Part shown: positions 1 through 12,444 of the stretch, in pieces
Numbering within the stretch: the first letter of the stretch is position 1
Layout of the letters: every line of letters begins with the position of its first letter
From: Nemertoderma westbladi
Lineage: Eukaryota; Animalia; Xenacoelomorpha
Direction: 5' to 3'
DNA length: 64,000 nt
Assembly (NCBI GenBank): GCA_032718475.1
Contig: JAUCBJ010007130.1
Span: 35,686 to 99,685, forward strand
Position numbers and translations under genes: made by a program
The notes under the pieces: model-generated
What the model saw: the letters and a program-made list of their open reading frames with translations, nothing else
What the model was told of the DNA's origin: nothing
The model's database searches: none

Positions 1-1007
1 TGTATTATTCGACTGACAGTATTATATAATCTCTGACAATATTATTCACCTTCGGGAATATTAACAGTTCCTTTAGGACGTGGCGCTTTATCTATATAAA
101 CAGAGTTATGACTTAAACTACTCACAACGATATGGCTTAATTATAATTCACATATATGGCGCATTCTTTAGGAATTGCTTCTTTAACAGACTCACTCATA
201 CACAATGCTGCACAATACTGCACACTAATCTGCCAATCTTCACTGATTTTAGTCACATATAAAAGGAACACAGGCTGACTCATGTAGGGTCTATCAAATA
301 ACATTAGATTCACTTCAAACCACTTTAACATAAGTCACAATCGTTATTGGTAACCTTTCTCTCTTACCTTCGGTATATCAAGAATATTGGGTTTCGGGGT
401 TATTTATCGTTATTCCAAATATAATAATTCATCAACCATATTATGAAGAACTGACAGTAAATAGCAGTATAAAACAACAACTGAACACTGATTGTTATGA
501 GTTTGCAATGTTTCAGCAGTCAGGATGTATGATCAGTTATCAAGTAGTCGTTAGCTAAAGGATATATGTCCTTATAATTAAACCTACTAGTGTAAGACTA
601 AAAACTGAAACACGGAGGTGCCAAAAGCCGGTTCTTAGGCTCTGGGCAAAAACATAACACTGCACTACTGAGTTTCTGTATATACCTCCAACACAGAGAC
701 AACAAACGCTCTGATTGGTCAACCTGAACAACGAGAGAACAAAGAAACAAAGAAACGTCGACGTGGCAATATCAGCTGCTAGCCGTCGTCATGGTAGCGA
801 CACTGTTTTCAAGAGTATCGAGCTTTTACGTCACAGAATTACGGATTATGTCCTCTAAAGTACAAATACAGAAGAAATAGCTTTTATGTCCGCTAAAACA
901 CCAGTACAGCAAGGACACGGCCTTTTTATGCCTGGTAAACCAACTACAGAGTATTTTACGGGAAAAATAAGGAAAAATAACCGGACAATTCAGCAAAAGC
1001 TTTTACA
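1..1007 (-). repeat. LTR of a third, diverged subfamily related to elements A/B (truncated by window start; 5' or solo LTR)
   Basis: Reverse complement aligns by eye with LTR 3441-4607 (TGTAAAAGC start at 1007, CCAATCAGAGCG box, GCGCCACGTCCTAAAGGAACTGTTAAT block); no PPT on its right flank. Confidence 0.85.
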
Positions 1008-1239
1008 GTCGACGATCAACAAATACGGCATACAAATTATTCATAGATCAAATTGATGAAACAAACACAGTAGCAAGTTACAAATGGTGCTTAGAGTTTC
1101 ACACTGATGTAGATATCATTTTGTGGAACAATTTTTTCATTTCCTCATTCTTTTCATTTTTTTAAATGGCCAAAACAGACTCACGGGAAGTGAAAATGTG
1201 GTCCTTTCAATTCAAGTTACTGCACCATACAGTGGGTTA

Positions 1240-1660
1240 CCCACAAATATTGTACATTGTTATTTAAAATAGGAATTTCATCATCCAATTTTGTAAAACA
1301 CTCGAGGAAACTTATTTACATCTTTTCTGGGAGTGTGAAACTGTGACAAAATTAATTAATTGATGAATTTAAATTGTGCTGGTTAAAATCACAAAACAGT
1401 CATTCATTCTCACAAAGCTTTCAATGTTGTTTGGGTACCACACAAAAGTGCCGTCAATCGTTAATTGCGTCCTATACAGTTACTAAGATACTATATATTT
1501 ACTGCGAAAAATTCCAACATACTCAGTCTCTACAAATATCTGTTTTTCTACAGTTCTTTCTGCAGTTCAGGAATCAAAACTTTGCATTTTTGAGGAAAAA
1601 TGGATTAATTTTTAAGATAAAATGTGGGATTCCGAGTCCTAATAATAGTGCATTTTAATA
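1240..1660 (+). pseudogene. Degenerate 3' end of a non-LTR (LINE) ORF2, zf-RVT-like region
   Basis: Fragments translate to LFKIG...EETYLHLFWECETVTK...KILYIYC, resembling the C-terminal cysteine-rich motif of L1/Tx1-type ORF2; frameshifted; duplicated at about 55600-56020. Confidence 0.55.
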
Positions 1661-1839
1661 TAATATGGTGATCTACTTTTGTCATTATGTTATCTTACCT
1701 GCGCTACTTAAGCATCTAATACTGTGTAGCTAATAATAACCTATGATGTAGGGGCTTACTATAGGAAACCAGGTTTTTTATCATATCAATAAGGCGCTGC
1801 TGTAGGTTAACTGTATTTAATCACACTACTCTAGTAATA

Positions 1840-2834
1840 CACCATGACCCGTAATATAGTGTCATTTTCTGATGACACGGACATCCCCCCGCCCCCCCCC
1901 CCCCAAATTTTTCTACACATCTTTATCATATTGCTTGAAATTTGAAACACAACTACAGTAGTTCAACTCACTCAACTCACAAACTTCTGGTTGTTACCAT
2001 GAAGCCGGAATTTTCGATTTCGCCTTTAAATTTTTTTATAAGCGTTTTAAAAAAGTGTCTTTTACGAAATTGCACATCTCCTATCAACGCCATTCTTCAC
2101 ATTAAACTCGCTTCATAGATATTATTAAAAACCAAATATGTAACAAGTAACAATATCTGAATTTCGTTGAGAAACAGCTGAGAAATAGGCGTTCAAAGAT
2201 TGCAAAAATTATCGTTCGCTGCAAGACATTTATTCTATTTAATAAGTACACGATGTTCTGGAACAATTTGTTTATGTATGATTAGCTACGCAATATAGAT
2301 ATTGTATAGGCATACGACCATGGCCTACTATATATACGGCCTAACATGTTATCGATTTGTCTTAAAAAAGAGGCCAGTTTTTTTTACACTATTTTAATAT
2401 TTTGATATGGGGAGAGTTCTATAAATTGTCATTTGCTGCAATTTGGTCAACGGACGTAATTGAAGTATCTTCATTAAGCAAGATACTAAGCAAGATACTC
2501 AGCTGTTTCTCAACGAAATTCAGATATTGTTACATATTTGGAATACTAGAACGCAAGCTTTTTAATAATATCTATAAAGCGAGGTTAATATGAAGAATGG
2601 CGATGATAGGTGATGTGCAATTTCGCAAAGACACTTTTTTAAAACGCTTATAAAAAAATGTAAAGGCAAAATCGAAAGTTCCGGCTTCATGTTAACAACC
2701 ACGGTGGGTGGAACTACTGTAGTTGTGTTTCAAATTTCAAGCAATATGATAAAGATGTGTAGAAAAATTTGGGGGGGGGGGGGGGGGGGGTGTCCGCGTC
2801 ATCAGAAAACGACACTATATTACGGGTCATGGTG
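1840..2834. mobile_element. Foldback/MITE DNA transposon with long TIRs and TA TSD, internally deleted copy
   Basis: TA|CACCATGACCCGTAATATAGTGTC ... GACACTATATTACGGGTCATGGTG|TA; arms inverted over about 350 bp; lacks about 740 bp present in the copy at 56199-57932. Confidence 0.85.
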
Positions 2835-3440
2835 TAATTACATTTTTTTTATGGGAGGTTATTATCTAGAATTCTAGAAGGTAAAATATTGAAAAAAGTC
2901 GTACCGGTACAAAAAGACTCGTATATGGTGATAAGATTACGTCACCACGCATAGATACTGTACTAGGCTATCCATTAACTAATTAACTATCTATTTCGTA
3001 TTACTTTTTGTGTAATTGCTTGTTGTGTAAAAGTTATATCTGTCGATGCGAATTTGAATTTAATTGGTGCAGCTCTGATAAATATTTATGGATTGAAAAA
3101 AAAAACTATTTCAAACATATTCACACAGTTTCTATACCGGAAGCAATATTTTTTATCCGATAACAAAGTCTAAGGTGGTCGGTCTCCGCGGGCTTTCAGG
3201 CGACACCGACCAAGATGTCATCTTTATATTCATATGGAGTTAATATTCATATGCGCCACTGCGTATCAAAAAGTGAAAAGGGGATGGGGCAGGGACAGGT
3301 TGATTTTCGTTTAAAGGGTCTAGGGCTAGGCTGGACCAGGGTACATCTCAGCCATGCATCCTTAAATGGTCGCTTTATATGAGTACTTTCTCTTAGAATG
3401 TAGAAGCACGAGGGACGACACTCGAAATAAAGACTCTACT

Positions 3441-4607
3441 TGTAAAAGCTTTTGCGTCATTAACCGGTTATTTTCCCTTAAAGTACTCTGTAGTTGGTTT
3501 GCCAGGCATAAAAAGGCCGTGTCCTTGCTGTACTGGTGTTTTGGAGGACATAAAAATCATTTCTTCTGTATTTGTACTGTATTTGTACTTTAGAGGACAT
3601 AATCCGCAATCTCATGACGCGATAAGCTGGATACTCTTGAAAACAGTGTCGCTACCATGACGACGGCTAACAGCTGATATTGCCACGTCAACGTTTCTTT
3701 GTTTCTTTGTTCTCTCGTTGTTCGGTTGACCAATCAGAGCGTTTTTGTCTCTGTGTTGGAGGTGTATACAGAACTCAGTAGTTCAGTGTTATGTTTTTTG
3801 CCCAGAGCCTAAGAACACCGGCTTTTGGCACCTCCGTGTTTCAGTCTTTAGTCTTACATTAGTAGGCTTAATTATAGAACGTATATCTGTTATCAAACTA
3901 GTTACTGAGTTAGTCACTCACTTAATAATCATTTATACCTTAACTTTACTGCTTTTACTGTCGGTTATTCATTATATTGGTTGATGAAATATTATATCGG
4001 AATACTGATCAATAGTCAGACACCCCAACTTCTTGATATACTAAAGGTTAGAGAGACCGGTTACAGATAAACGATTGCGACCTATGTTAAGTGGTTTGCA
4101 GTGAATCTAATGCTATTTCATATGCCCAACATAAATTGTCTGTTGCTCTCTTTATACGTGACCAAATTTAGTGAAGGTCGGCAGATTAGTGTGCAGTATT
4201 GTGCAGCATTGTGTATGAGTGTAACTGATAACAAAGCATCTCCTAAAGAATGCGCCATATACGTGAATCTATAGCCTTTTCGTTGTGTCTAGTTTAAGTC
4301 ATAATTCTGTTTACATATTTAGAGCGCCACGTCCTAAAGGAACTGTTAATATTTCCCGAAAGTGAATAATATTTGTCAGAGATTATATATTACGATCAGT
4401 CGAATAATACAGTAGGCTTACACCATCAATCATTAAGCTCCGAACTCAGTCTCCCGGGTATATCCAACGGGTGAATGATTGCGCATAGACTGGCTTCGGC
4501 TAATGTAGTGTATCAAATACTCGTCATAGGCTAAAGACTATCTATCATCCAAAAGACATTCTAATTTTGGCAGGTTAAACTGTCAAAGGTCTTCAAAAGC
4601 GCAAACA
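3441..4607 (+). repeat. 5' LTR of element A (1167 bp)
   Basis: TGTAAAAGC...GCGCAAACA; near-identical to 58539-59705 and to the partial copy 54932-55560. Confidence 0.95.
3728..3790 (+). promoter_or_regulatory. Putative LTR promoter: CCAAT box, TATA-like element and TCAGT initiator-like motifs
   Basis: GACCAATCAGAGCG is conserved in all A/B-type LTRs in the window and CCAATCAG is also in the C LTR; GTATACAGAA is followed by TCAGT motifs; the start site is not determinable from sequence. Confidence 0.4.
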
Positions 4608-4618
4608 ATAACAGATAT
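4608..4618 (+). promoter_or_regulatory. Non-tRNA primer-binding site of A, complementary to its own LTR (3883-3893)
   Basis: ATAACAGATAT directly abuts the LTR end and is the exact reverse complement of ATATCTGTTAT at 3883-3893; no TGG; repeated at 4677-4687. Confidence 0.7.
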
Positions 4619-4967
4619 TCGGTTCTGATTGCGGTGTAGGCAATAAATACAGTTTAATATTGTTTTGGTAAAAACAATAACAGATATTGCTTCTGGATTG
4701 CGGTGTAAGCAATCCAGTCTAAAGTACCGGTACCGGTTGAACGGTAACCTGTACTACTGTAGGCCTGTAGGCCCAACTGCCCGAACCGGTACTTACGGTA
4801 CAGGTACAGCAGTATTATTCGATTTGATTATTATATGCCGGTAGGTCTTAATAATTAATCGGGGACGCCTGGTTTTTATTGGGATTTTACTTAGGCCTAT
4901 TTCTGTCAGTTTTATTTATTTGTAGGCCAGTATTGAGCAGAAGGCGTGTAAGCCTGCTCAGATTGTA

Positions 4968-5525
4968 CAGATAATTTGTAGGCTTGACTGTTGGCTGACT
5001 GTTGATTAGGTCTGAACGGATTGCAGTGCATGTAGAGTGTATGTCCGATAAAGAACGGTTAGGAAGTAGGGGCAGCCATCGCTGTAAGGTAAACCCCCAT
5101 CCAAAGAATAAGTCGTACTACTGGGTTAGAACGCATACTACTTAACCATTTCGGAGTCTGCATGTCCTGTGGTTTATTTAGGCTTGATAGTAGTTTGCCA
5201 GCGTTTGGTCTGTACTTTGTTTGTGTAGTCTGTACGGGTAGCGTATAATTTATTTAGATAATTTGTAGGCTGGATAGTTGTCTGGCTGTTGTTGGGTTTG
5301 AGGAAATTTCGGTGTGTGCAAAGCATCTGTCCGATAAAGAACGGTTAGGAAGTAGGGGCAGCCATCGCTGTAAGGTAAACCCCCATCAAAGAATAAGTCG
5401 TACTACTGGGTTAGAACGCATACTACTTAACCATTTCGGAGTCTGCATATACCGTAGTTTGTTTAGGCTTGATAGTAGTCTGTCAGTATTTGGTCTGCAT
5501 TTTGTTTGAATGGTTTGTACGCGTA
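4968..5525 (+). repeat. Two-copy direct repeat (about 288-bp unit) in the 5' leader of A
   Basis: GTCCGATAAAGAACGGTTAGGAAGTAGGGGCAGCC... block at about 5043 and 5329; homologous duplication in B at about 24870-25420. Confidence 0.85.
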
Positions 5526-6489
5526 GCGTAATATTTATTATTCAGAGTTTATGCGATTATTCGCAACATTCATATCCCCAAGTTTATTCCTACAGTAATT
5601 GTGTTTGTTATACATACCGTTATAGTTAAACTAACCCCGGTACTACATCAGGGCTGCTCGGCGTAGGTAAAGACTGGAGATTTTGTGCTTTGGTCACTCC
5701 GGCAGATACCGTGGTTCTTTTAGCTGTTCAAGTATTTTTAACTACTAATTATTTGTTATACAAGTACTTGTACCTAATTTAGGGTTTAGTGTACAGTACT
5801 TTCCGAAGGTGATTAGTGTGTAGGCAGTGTATTTGTGTTGTAAAGTGGTTAATAGGCACGTTGGTTCTGGTAGACCGCGGTAATTAACTTCTAGGTAGGG
5901 ACACTCCGTGATACATAACGTAGTACCTATAGCGATACGGTTATAGGTCGTCAGGCGGTGGTATTTTCCTATCTGGACAACGCAGTATATTTACTACTAC
6001 TTATTATTTTCAAATACCGTAGTAACCTGTCCGTTGTAATAACCAGATATTCTAACCCTTTGTTAGGCTGGTTAGTAGACTTCTTGTAAAATTACCCTAA
6101 AAATTTGTATTTGTGTATTTGTAATTAAATTTTTGTGTTTATTTAGAGATTGTAATCTCAACCCGAATTGTATGTAATTTGTAGTATTAAGTAACTTAGG
6201 TAAATTAGAATTATTTGTTTTAGTGTCTAACAAGTAGCACTCCACTGAGAGCGCACAACTTATGTGTAGTGACTCCCCCAGAAATAATAACATTTATTTC
6301 AAACATTGACAAAACCCATTAAACGGGTATATATATATTATAAATCAACTCAAACGATTTATAAATAGTAGGCCTGCCATATAACAATTAGGTCTCAATA
6401 TCAGTTGGACTACTGCTTAAATAACGGTAATAAAGTAAGTTAAAGTAACCAAGTAACCCTTAAAATTCAGAAATTCAATTATTCTAAAA

Positions 6490-6790
6490 TAATTGACATA
6501 CCGGTATTTACAATAGGCTTATTATATTTATTTCTATAAATTTTAGGTTGAAATCATACCGGTATTCTGTAATTAATTCTAGTTAATAATTATACTTATA
6601 TATACTATAAGTGTAAACTGCATACCGGTATCCACGATAGGCCTATTATATATTTATATATATTTGTGCTAAAATTATATACCGGTTTCTGTGAAAAACC
6701 TAGTCTGTAATAATACTTATATATACCATAAGCATACCGGTATTCTAATATTATATATAGCACGCTACACTGAGTAGCAGTATCGGTAAT
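6490..6790 (+). repeat. Degenerate array (about 60-bp period) of ATACCGGTA palindromes upstream of gag
   Basis: ATACCGGT at about 6498, 6556, 6622, 6680 and 6734; conserved in B at about 23637-23910. Confidence 0.7.
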
Positions 6791-6876
6791 TAATTACTAG
6801 GCTAGCAGTTAATACTGAATTACTGGACTTGTTTAGACTGTAATATAGCAGTAGGCATTCAACTGTGCAAACAAAC

Positions 6877-9800
6877 ATGTCTGATACTAAGCAGAACATG
6901 TCAGACAGTTTATTAGATGTAACTATCTGCGACTCAGATAAGGGTGTAGAACCGTCTACACCTAAGTTCAGTTCACCTCCCACTGTGAGGAAGGTCATCC
7001 CTCCAGTAGTAATAACAGAACCTAGGCTGGTCCAACATCGTAGGTCTATCATAGGCACTCGAGCCCAGGTCAAGCGGGACCAAGAAGCAGCGGAACAGCA
7101 ACAACCCGTGAGCCAAGAACTTATTTCTCAGCGGCCCGACAGCTCCAGTAGTGAAGATACTGTAGAACTGACACCCGAGCGCGGAGCAAGGATGACGGAT
7201 GCGTTTTATTCGGATCCCCTTCTCATCCTTCCTGCAGCCGTACTCACCAGGTTATTGATCGCTGTGGAAGAACACCAGATCGATTGGGCGAGAAGTAAGC
7301 GATCAACTAAAGATAGTTATGAGGGATACACAAGAGAAGAACTGAAGTCTATGGTCGAGTCGCAATGGAACTTCCCCGGACCCGGACTCCCGTTTGATTT
7401 ATCAGAAGCTGCCTGGGAAGACATACACCGGATGGGAGTAGCCAAGGAAACCATCGATCCAGCTGTGTGGAAGAGGTCCGCAGCCGGATACGCACAGGGA
7501 TTCTTCAGCTCTATGGAGCGAGTAGAAAAACAACTGTTACAACAACCTCAAGGACCTCAAGAGCAGGGACAACTGCTTTATCAAGTTAGAGAAATAATTC
7601 TGCGAATCAGGCTAATATTATCAGCCTTTGAAGAGGCTTCTAAAAGAAGACAAGACACGTCGTTGCAAGTTGCCGTAAAGACTTGGTTTCAAAGGGTGAG
7701 TCACCAGGTTCAAGGAACAGTTCAGTGGAAAGCTCAGCTGGAGGAGCGCTCAACCCATGGAGAATCAACAGACGCTACTTTTTCCCAAGTGGAAAGTGAA
7801 GCGACGGCAGAGAAACCGCATAAGAGGGATGCCATTGACATCTATCTGTCAGACTATCAACGTTTTTTGGGAGATGAAGAGTTGAGGAGAAGGCTAGATG
7901 GACTTAGCCCTAATAGTGAAGGAGCACAGCGTGTGCTTGACGCCATCGACGTGGATAGGTTATCGGCTAACCAAGCTAAATTCGATGAACAACTCCGCAT
8001 CGTTAAGGTTCAAGAAGAACAAGTAAAGAAAAAACGTATAGAAGATAGAAAGAAAGCGGCAGAGGCAGCGGCAGAGGCAAAAGCGGCAGCGGCAGAGGCA
8101 AAAGCGGCAGCTGCAGCAGTAGAAGCCGAAAGAAAGGCGGCCGAAGCGGAAATAAAAATAGCAGTAGCAGAAGCAGAACGGAGGGCATCTGAAGAGACAA
8201 CCCAACTAGAGTTGGAAAATCTTCAAGAGAGACAAGACAACTTTAATAAACAGTTAACAGCTAGTAATATGCAGATGATGAATCGATCTACTCCCAAAAG
8301 ACAAGGTTATACATCATCTGAGGAAGGCGATACCACCGATACTGAAGGCAAAGGAAATAGATCTCATCTAAGCAGACGTAAAAGAACATTCCACCGTCAG
8401 AAATTGCCTGATTTGCCTCCAGCTGTTAAAAGGCAACTAAATAACACCAACTTAGGTAGTACAGAACCCACAGACCAAATAATTACAATGGAGAGACTCC
8501 CTACTATAGTAGATGAGCCTGAAATAGTTAGGCCTGTTCCCGAAGCCACCCTTTCGGTCGTAGAGACACCTGTACTCCCTGAACCTACCTCTCAATTCCC
8601 GTTGCACAGCACTAAGCTACCTGTGCCCAGCAGAACAGTCCGTGAGACAGTTCATACCCTGGATTCCGAGCGAAATATTCATGATTTGTCGCCCGTTGTC
8701 CCTCGTCCGCCCGCTACAACGTTGGTGAATCCCGCTTCGGCGGTCGAATGGGTGGATGAGAGACGACGGGGGATGGATCTCTTGCTCGGACAGATGCAGG
8801 ACACTGTTCAACAATTCAAAGGCACAGTAAGGGAAAGTAGGCTAGAGTTGCAAGAAGTGCAGCAAAGTATCGCGCTAGAACGCGATAAATTAGTAAATAC
8901 ACAAAGGGGTATACCACCACCCCCTGTAACAATGTGTCAACCTGTTAGGTCTGAAGTATCTCATGCGCAAGGTGTGGAGCCTACACGCATCTATACTGCT
9001 AGCGAAGTAGAAACTCCTATAGTGAACCCTATTAAGGGTAATTATAGACCTGTTGATAATGATATTCCCTATAGACCGGATCATAATCCGAGAAATTTAT
9101 ATACCGATAACTCGATATTAAATAACACGATGGCCCAAGAAAGTTTTACGCGTCAAATGGCTAGAACCGAAGCCCGGCAAGCGGTAAAGGTGGGAGAGAT
9201 CGTCAAGTTCAATGGAGATGAGATGAAATGGTTACCTTTTAATGAATATTACAAAGATAACATACAGAACTCTGTGCAATCTAATGGAGAGAAACTTAGA
9301 TTCCTCATCGAGTGCTTGGAAGGATCTCCCAAGTTAATGGCGTTAAAGTTTATTGGACATCCAGACGGATTAAGACAAGTTTGGGATACACTAAACATCA
9401 GGTATGGTAATAGGAATAACATAGCTGGTTATTTATATGCAAAGTTGGTAGCGCCCCGAAAGTTTATTAGCAGCGGAATTATAGAGTTTTCCGATGAGAT
9501 TCAGGAGATCTGCAGACAATTAGATTGGCTAGGTAAGTCTCATGAGTATCAGAATACTATGGTTATTAGAGCAGTGGCTTCTACTTTACCGAAGGGTGGA
9601 GTAGGTACACGCTGGGATAAGAAAGTGTTATATATGATGGAACAACAATGACGAGACCCTACCATGGCTGATCTCATGTCATTCCTAGATGGAGAAGTGA
9701 AATTACAGCTCCTGAAACTGTCCAGAGAGAAGACACCGGAAAACAAGGTAAGTGAAAAACCCGTCGCTAGGAGAAAGGTAACACCAGTGTGTTATACAGA

Positions 9801-11100
9801 TGATGGCGAAAGCCAGACTTCTCAAGGAGAAGATAGCGGGAAAGACACTGACCGCGCTTATTACGTAAATAAAATGCCTAAAGATCAGGTAAGTAAATTC
9901 AAGTCTCGAACAAATGACAGGAGAGAACAGGTAAGAAAAACTCCTCCTACGTCTCCCAAGAGAATTCCGGTGAGAAAACCCGAAGAAAGGACAAGCGTAC
10001 ACAATGTTACTCAGAGTAAGGTGAGTAACATCAAACCGAAGTGTGCGCTATGTGATGAATATGTGTGATGAATTTCTAAAGAAATCATTAACTGAGAGAC
10101 GTGAAGTCATGTGGGACAAGCGGTTGTGCTATAATTGCCTCAGACAAGGACACCAACGGCGAACCTGTTACTCTGACACAAGATGTGCCAAGTGCGGTGC
10201 GAAACATCATATCTTGTTGCACACTGAATTCGAGCGAAATAGTCCGAGTCAGGTAAGTGATTCCGAATTACATGTCCAATTCAGTGATGTGAACGACACT
10301 GATCAATCTGAGATGGAAGGATTCTATACAGACGAGTTCTCCGACGAAAACGAATCCTGTTACATGATAAATACCACAGTGTATCGAGCACTCATTTATG
10401 AAAAAGATACAGACATTGACCTCGCTCTAACTACTTCTGATCGACAACCATCTTGGAAAGCGCCAACTTCCAATGTAGGGATTAGAGAATTTCCTGTGGT
10501 ACAGGTAAGGGTCCACGGACCAAACAGGAGTTATGTAGTGAATGCCCTCCTTGACTCCGGTAGTACAGGAACATTCATCGACAAAGAGCTAGCCGAAGAC
10601 ATATTCGCTGGACAACCCAAGTTCCGAACTAAGCTAAACATGTCAGGAATTATGCAAGTTTGGAAATCCACAGTAACCGCGGATTATTATGTAGGTGCGT
10701 TGTCCACCCCCCAGGACGAACTAGGAGAACATAGCATAAAGTCAGTGAAAATGGTGGCTATAAAGAACTTCGCTACTACTCAAGCAGACCTTTATAATTG
10801 GGACGAGGATGAGAGCATCCAACATCTTAAGATACCTCGATTCCAGACAGATTATCCTGGAGTGCAAATACTCATCGGTCAAAATGCGCATGAAGCGCTC
10901 GAGACATTAGAGAAACGACCTACTCAACCGCAACCTCTACAAGTTTATGCGGGAAGAACTAGAGTAGGTTGGTACTTTACTGGCCCTTCCCGTAGAACTC
11001 TAATGGAAAGATTACCTAAAGAGCAGGTATATCAAGCGCGAGAATGGGAAGTTGAGAACAGTGAGTTCGACGATCCAACTGAGGGAACTCCATACTCCTC
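6877..11100 (+). pseudogene. gag: Element A gag-protease (5' part of gag-pol polyprotein), disrupted
   Basis: DUF1759-like KFNGDEMKWLPF, Bel/Pao triple zinc knuckle, aspartic protease ALLDSGSTGTFI; TGA at 9649-9651 where B has Arg; frameshift near 10055; interrupted by B at 11100. Confidence 0.9.
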
Positions 11101-12366
11101 TGTACGCGCTTTTGAAGACCTTTAGCAGTTTAACCTGCCAAAATTTATATGTCTTTTGGTTTATATATAGACTCTAGAAGATGACAATATTTAATACCAA
11201 TAAACACAACATTAGCAGAAGCCAGCCTAGTGCGCGTCCATTCACCCGCTGGATATTCCCGGGAGACTGGATTCTGAGGGCTTAGATTATTATTGCAGTG
11301 AAGCTTACTGTATTATTCGATTGATCGTTAATAAATAATTTCTGACTAATATTATTCACTTTCGGGAAATATTAACAGTTCCTTTAGGACGTGGCGCTCT
11401 ATCTAAGTAAACAGAGATATGACTTATACTAATCACAACGGTAAGTCGATAAGGCTTATGATTCACGTATGAGGTGCATTCTTTAGGAAATGCTTAGTTA
11501 TCAGCCAGAATCATGCACACTACCGGTAACACACAATACTGCTCACTAATTTGCCGACCGTCAATGAATTTTATCATATATAAAGAGAATAGCAACGGAC
11601 CAATGTAGTGCTTATCAAACAGCATTAAATTCAATACACACCACAATAATATAAGTCACAATCGCTATATATATAACCCGCCTCTCTAACCTGTAGTGTA
11701 TCAAGAAAATTGGGAAATTTGGGTTCTTTATAAACGTTCTCCAAATAATCTTCAATCAACTGATATAAAATATGACGACAGTAAAAACATTAAGACGGTA
11801 GGTTAAGATATGATATGAACCGATATGTACAGTGATATGAGTTGAGTGTCCAAATTGTGCCGTGAATTAGACTGATAACAGTCATACGCTCTATAATCTT
11901 AAGCCTACTAATGTTTCTTTCTAGAGCCGTTGTTTCTGGCTTAGACAGCAATAACAACAAAGTATCAGTCCAAAAAACAGTAAGACTGAACACTCCCAGT
12001 ATGATCGGCTCAAAGCTCCACATCGACAGAGAAAATCGCTCTGATTGGCTGAAGCCAAACAAAGAACCATGCGTCCAATGGCTGTTTCCATTTAAGCAAC
12101 CAGCTGTTAGATGTCGTAATCTGAATCATCACGGCTAAGCTGTGTAAAAGTATTTGCCGTATTGCGGGTTTTTTGCCTTACCATGTCCGCTAAAACACGT
12201 ATATAGAAGAATGACTTTTATGTCCGTTAAAAACACCTGTAACGGTACCTTGCGGGCAAGGGGAATATATATACAGTTAGAGAACCCTTTTAGAGTATTC
12301 CAGCGCCTAGAGGGAAACTGGATTGCGAAGCAAAGGGGCCAGTTATATCCCACAGAAGCTTTTACA
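11101..12366 (-). repeat. 3' LTR of element B
   Basis: Matches 25784-27049 with only a handful of substitutions; preceded on the minus strand by PPT-like TCTGGGAGCGG (12367-12377), identical to A's. Confidence 0.95.
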
Positions 12367-12444
12367 CCGCTCCCAGAAAATGGGATTTGAGTCTATTAAT
12401 ATACAAAAATCACAGTTTCTAATATACGTAAATACTCTAAACCG

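Noticed and set aside
9649-9651. Programmed stop read-through between gag and pol
   Set aside because: Element B has an Arg codon at this site; a CGA>TGA CpG mutation is the simpler explanation
11790-12390. Small ORFs repeated in LTR copies
   Set aside because: They recur only because the LTRs are duplicated and are not conserved between A- and B-type LTRs
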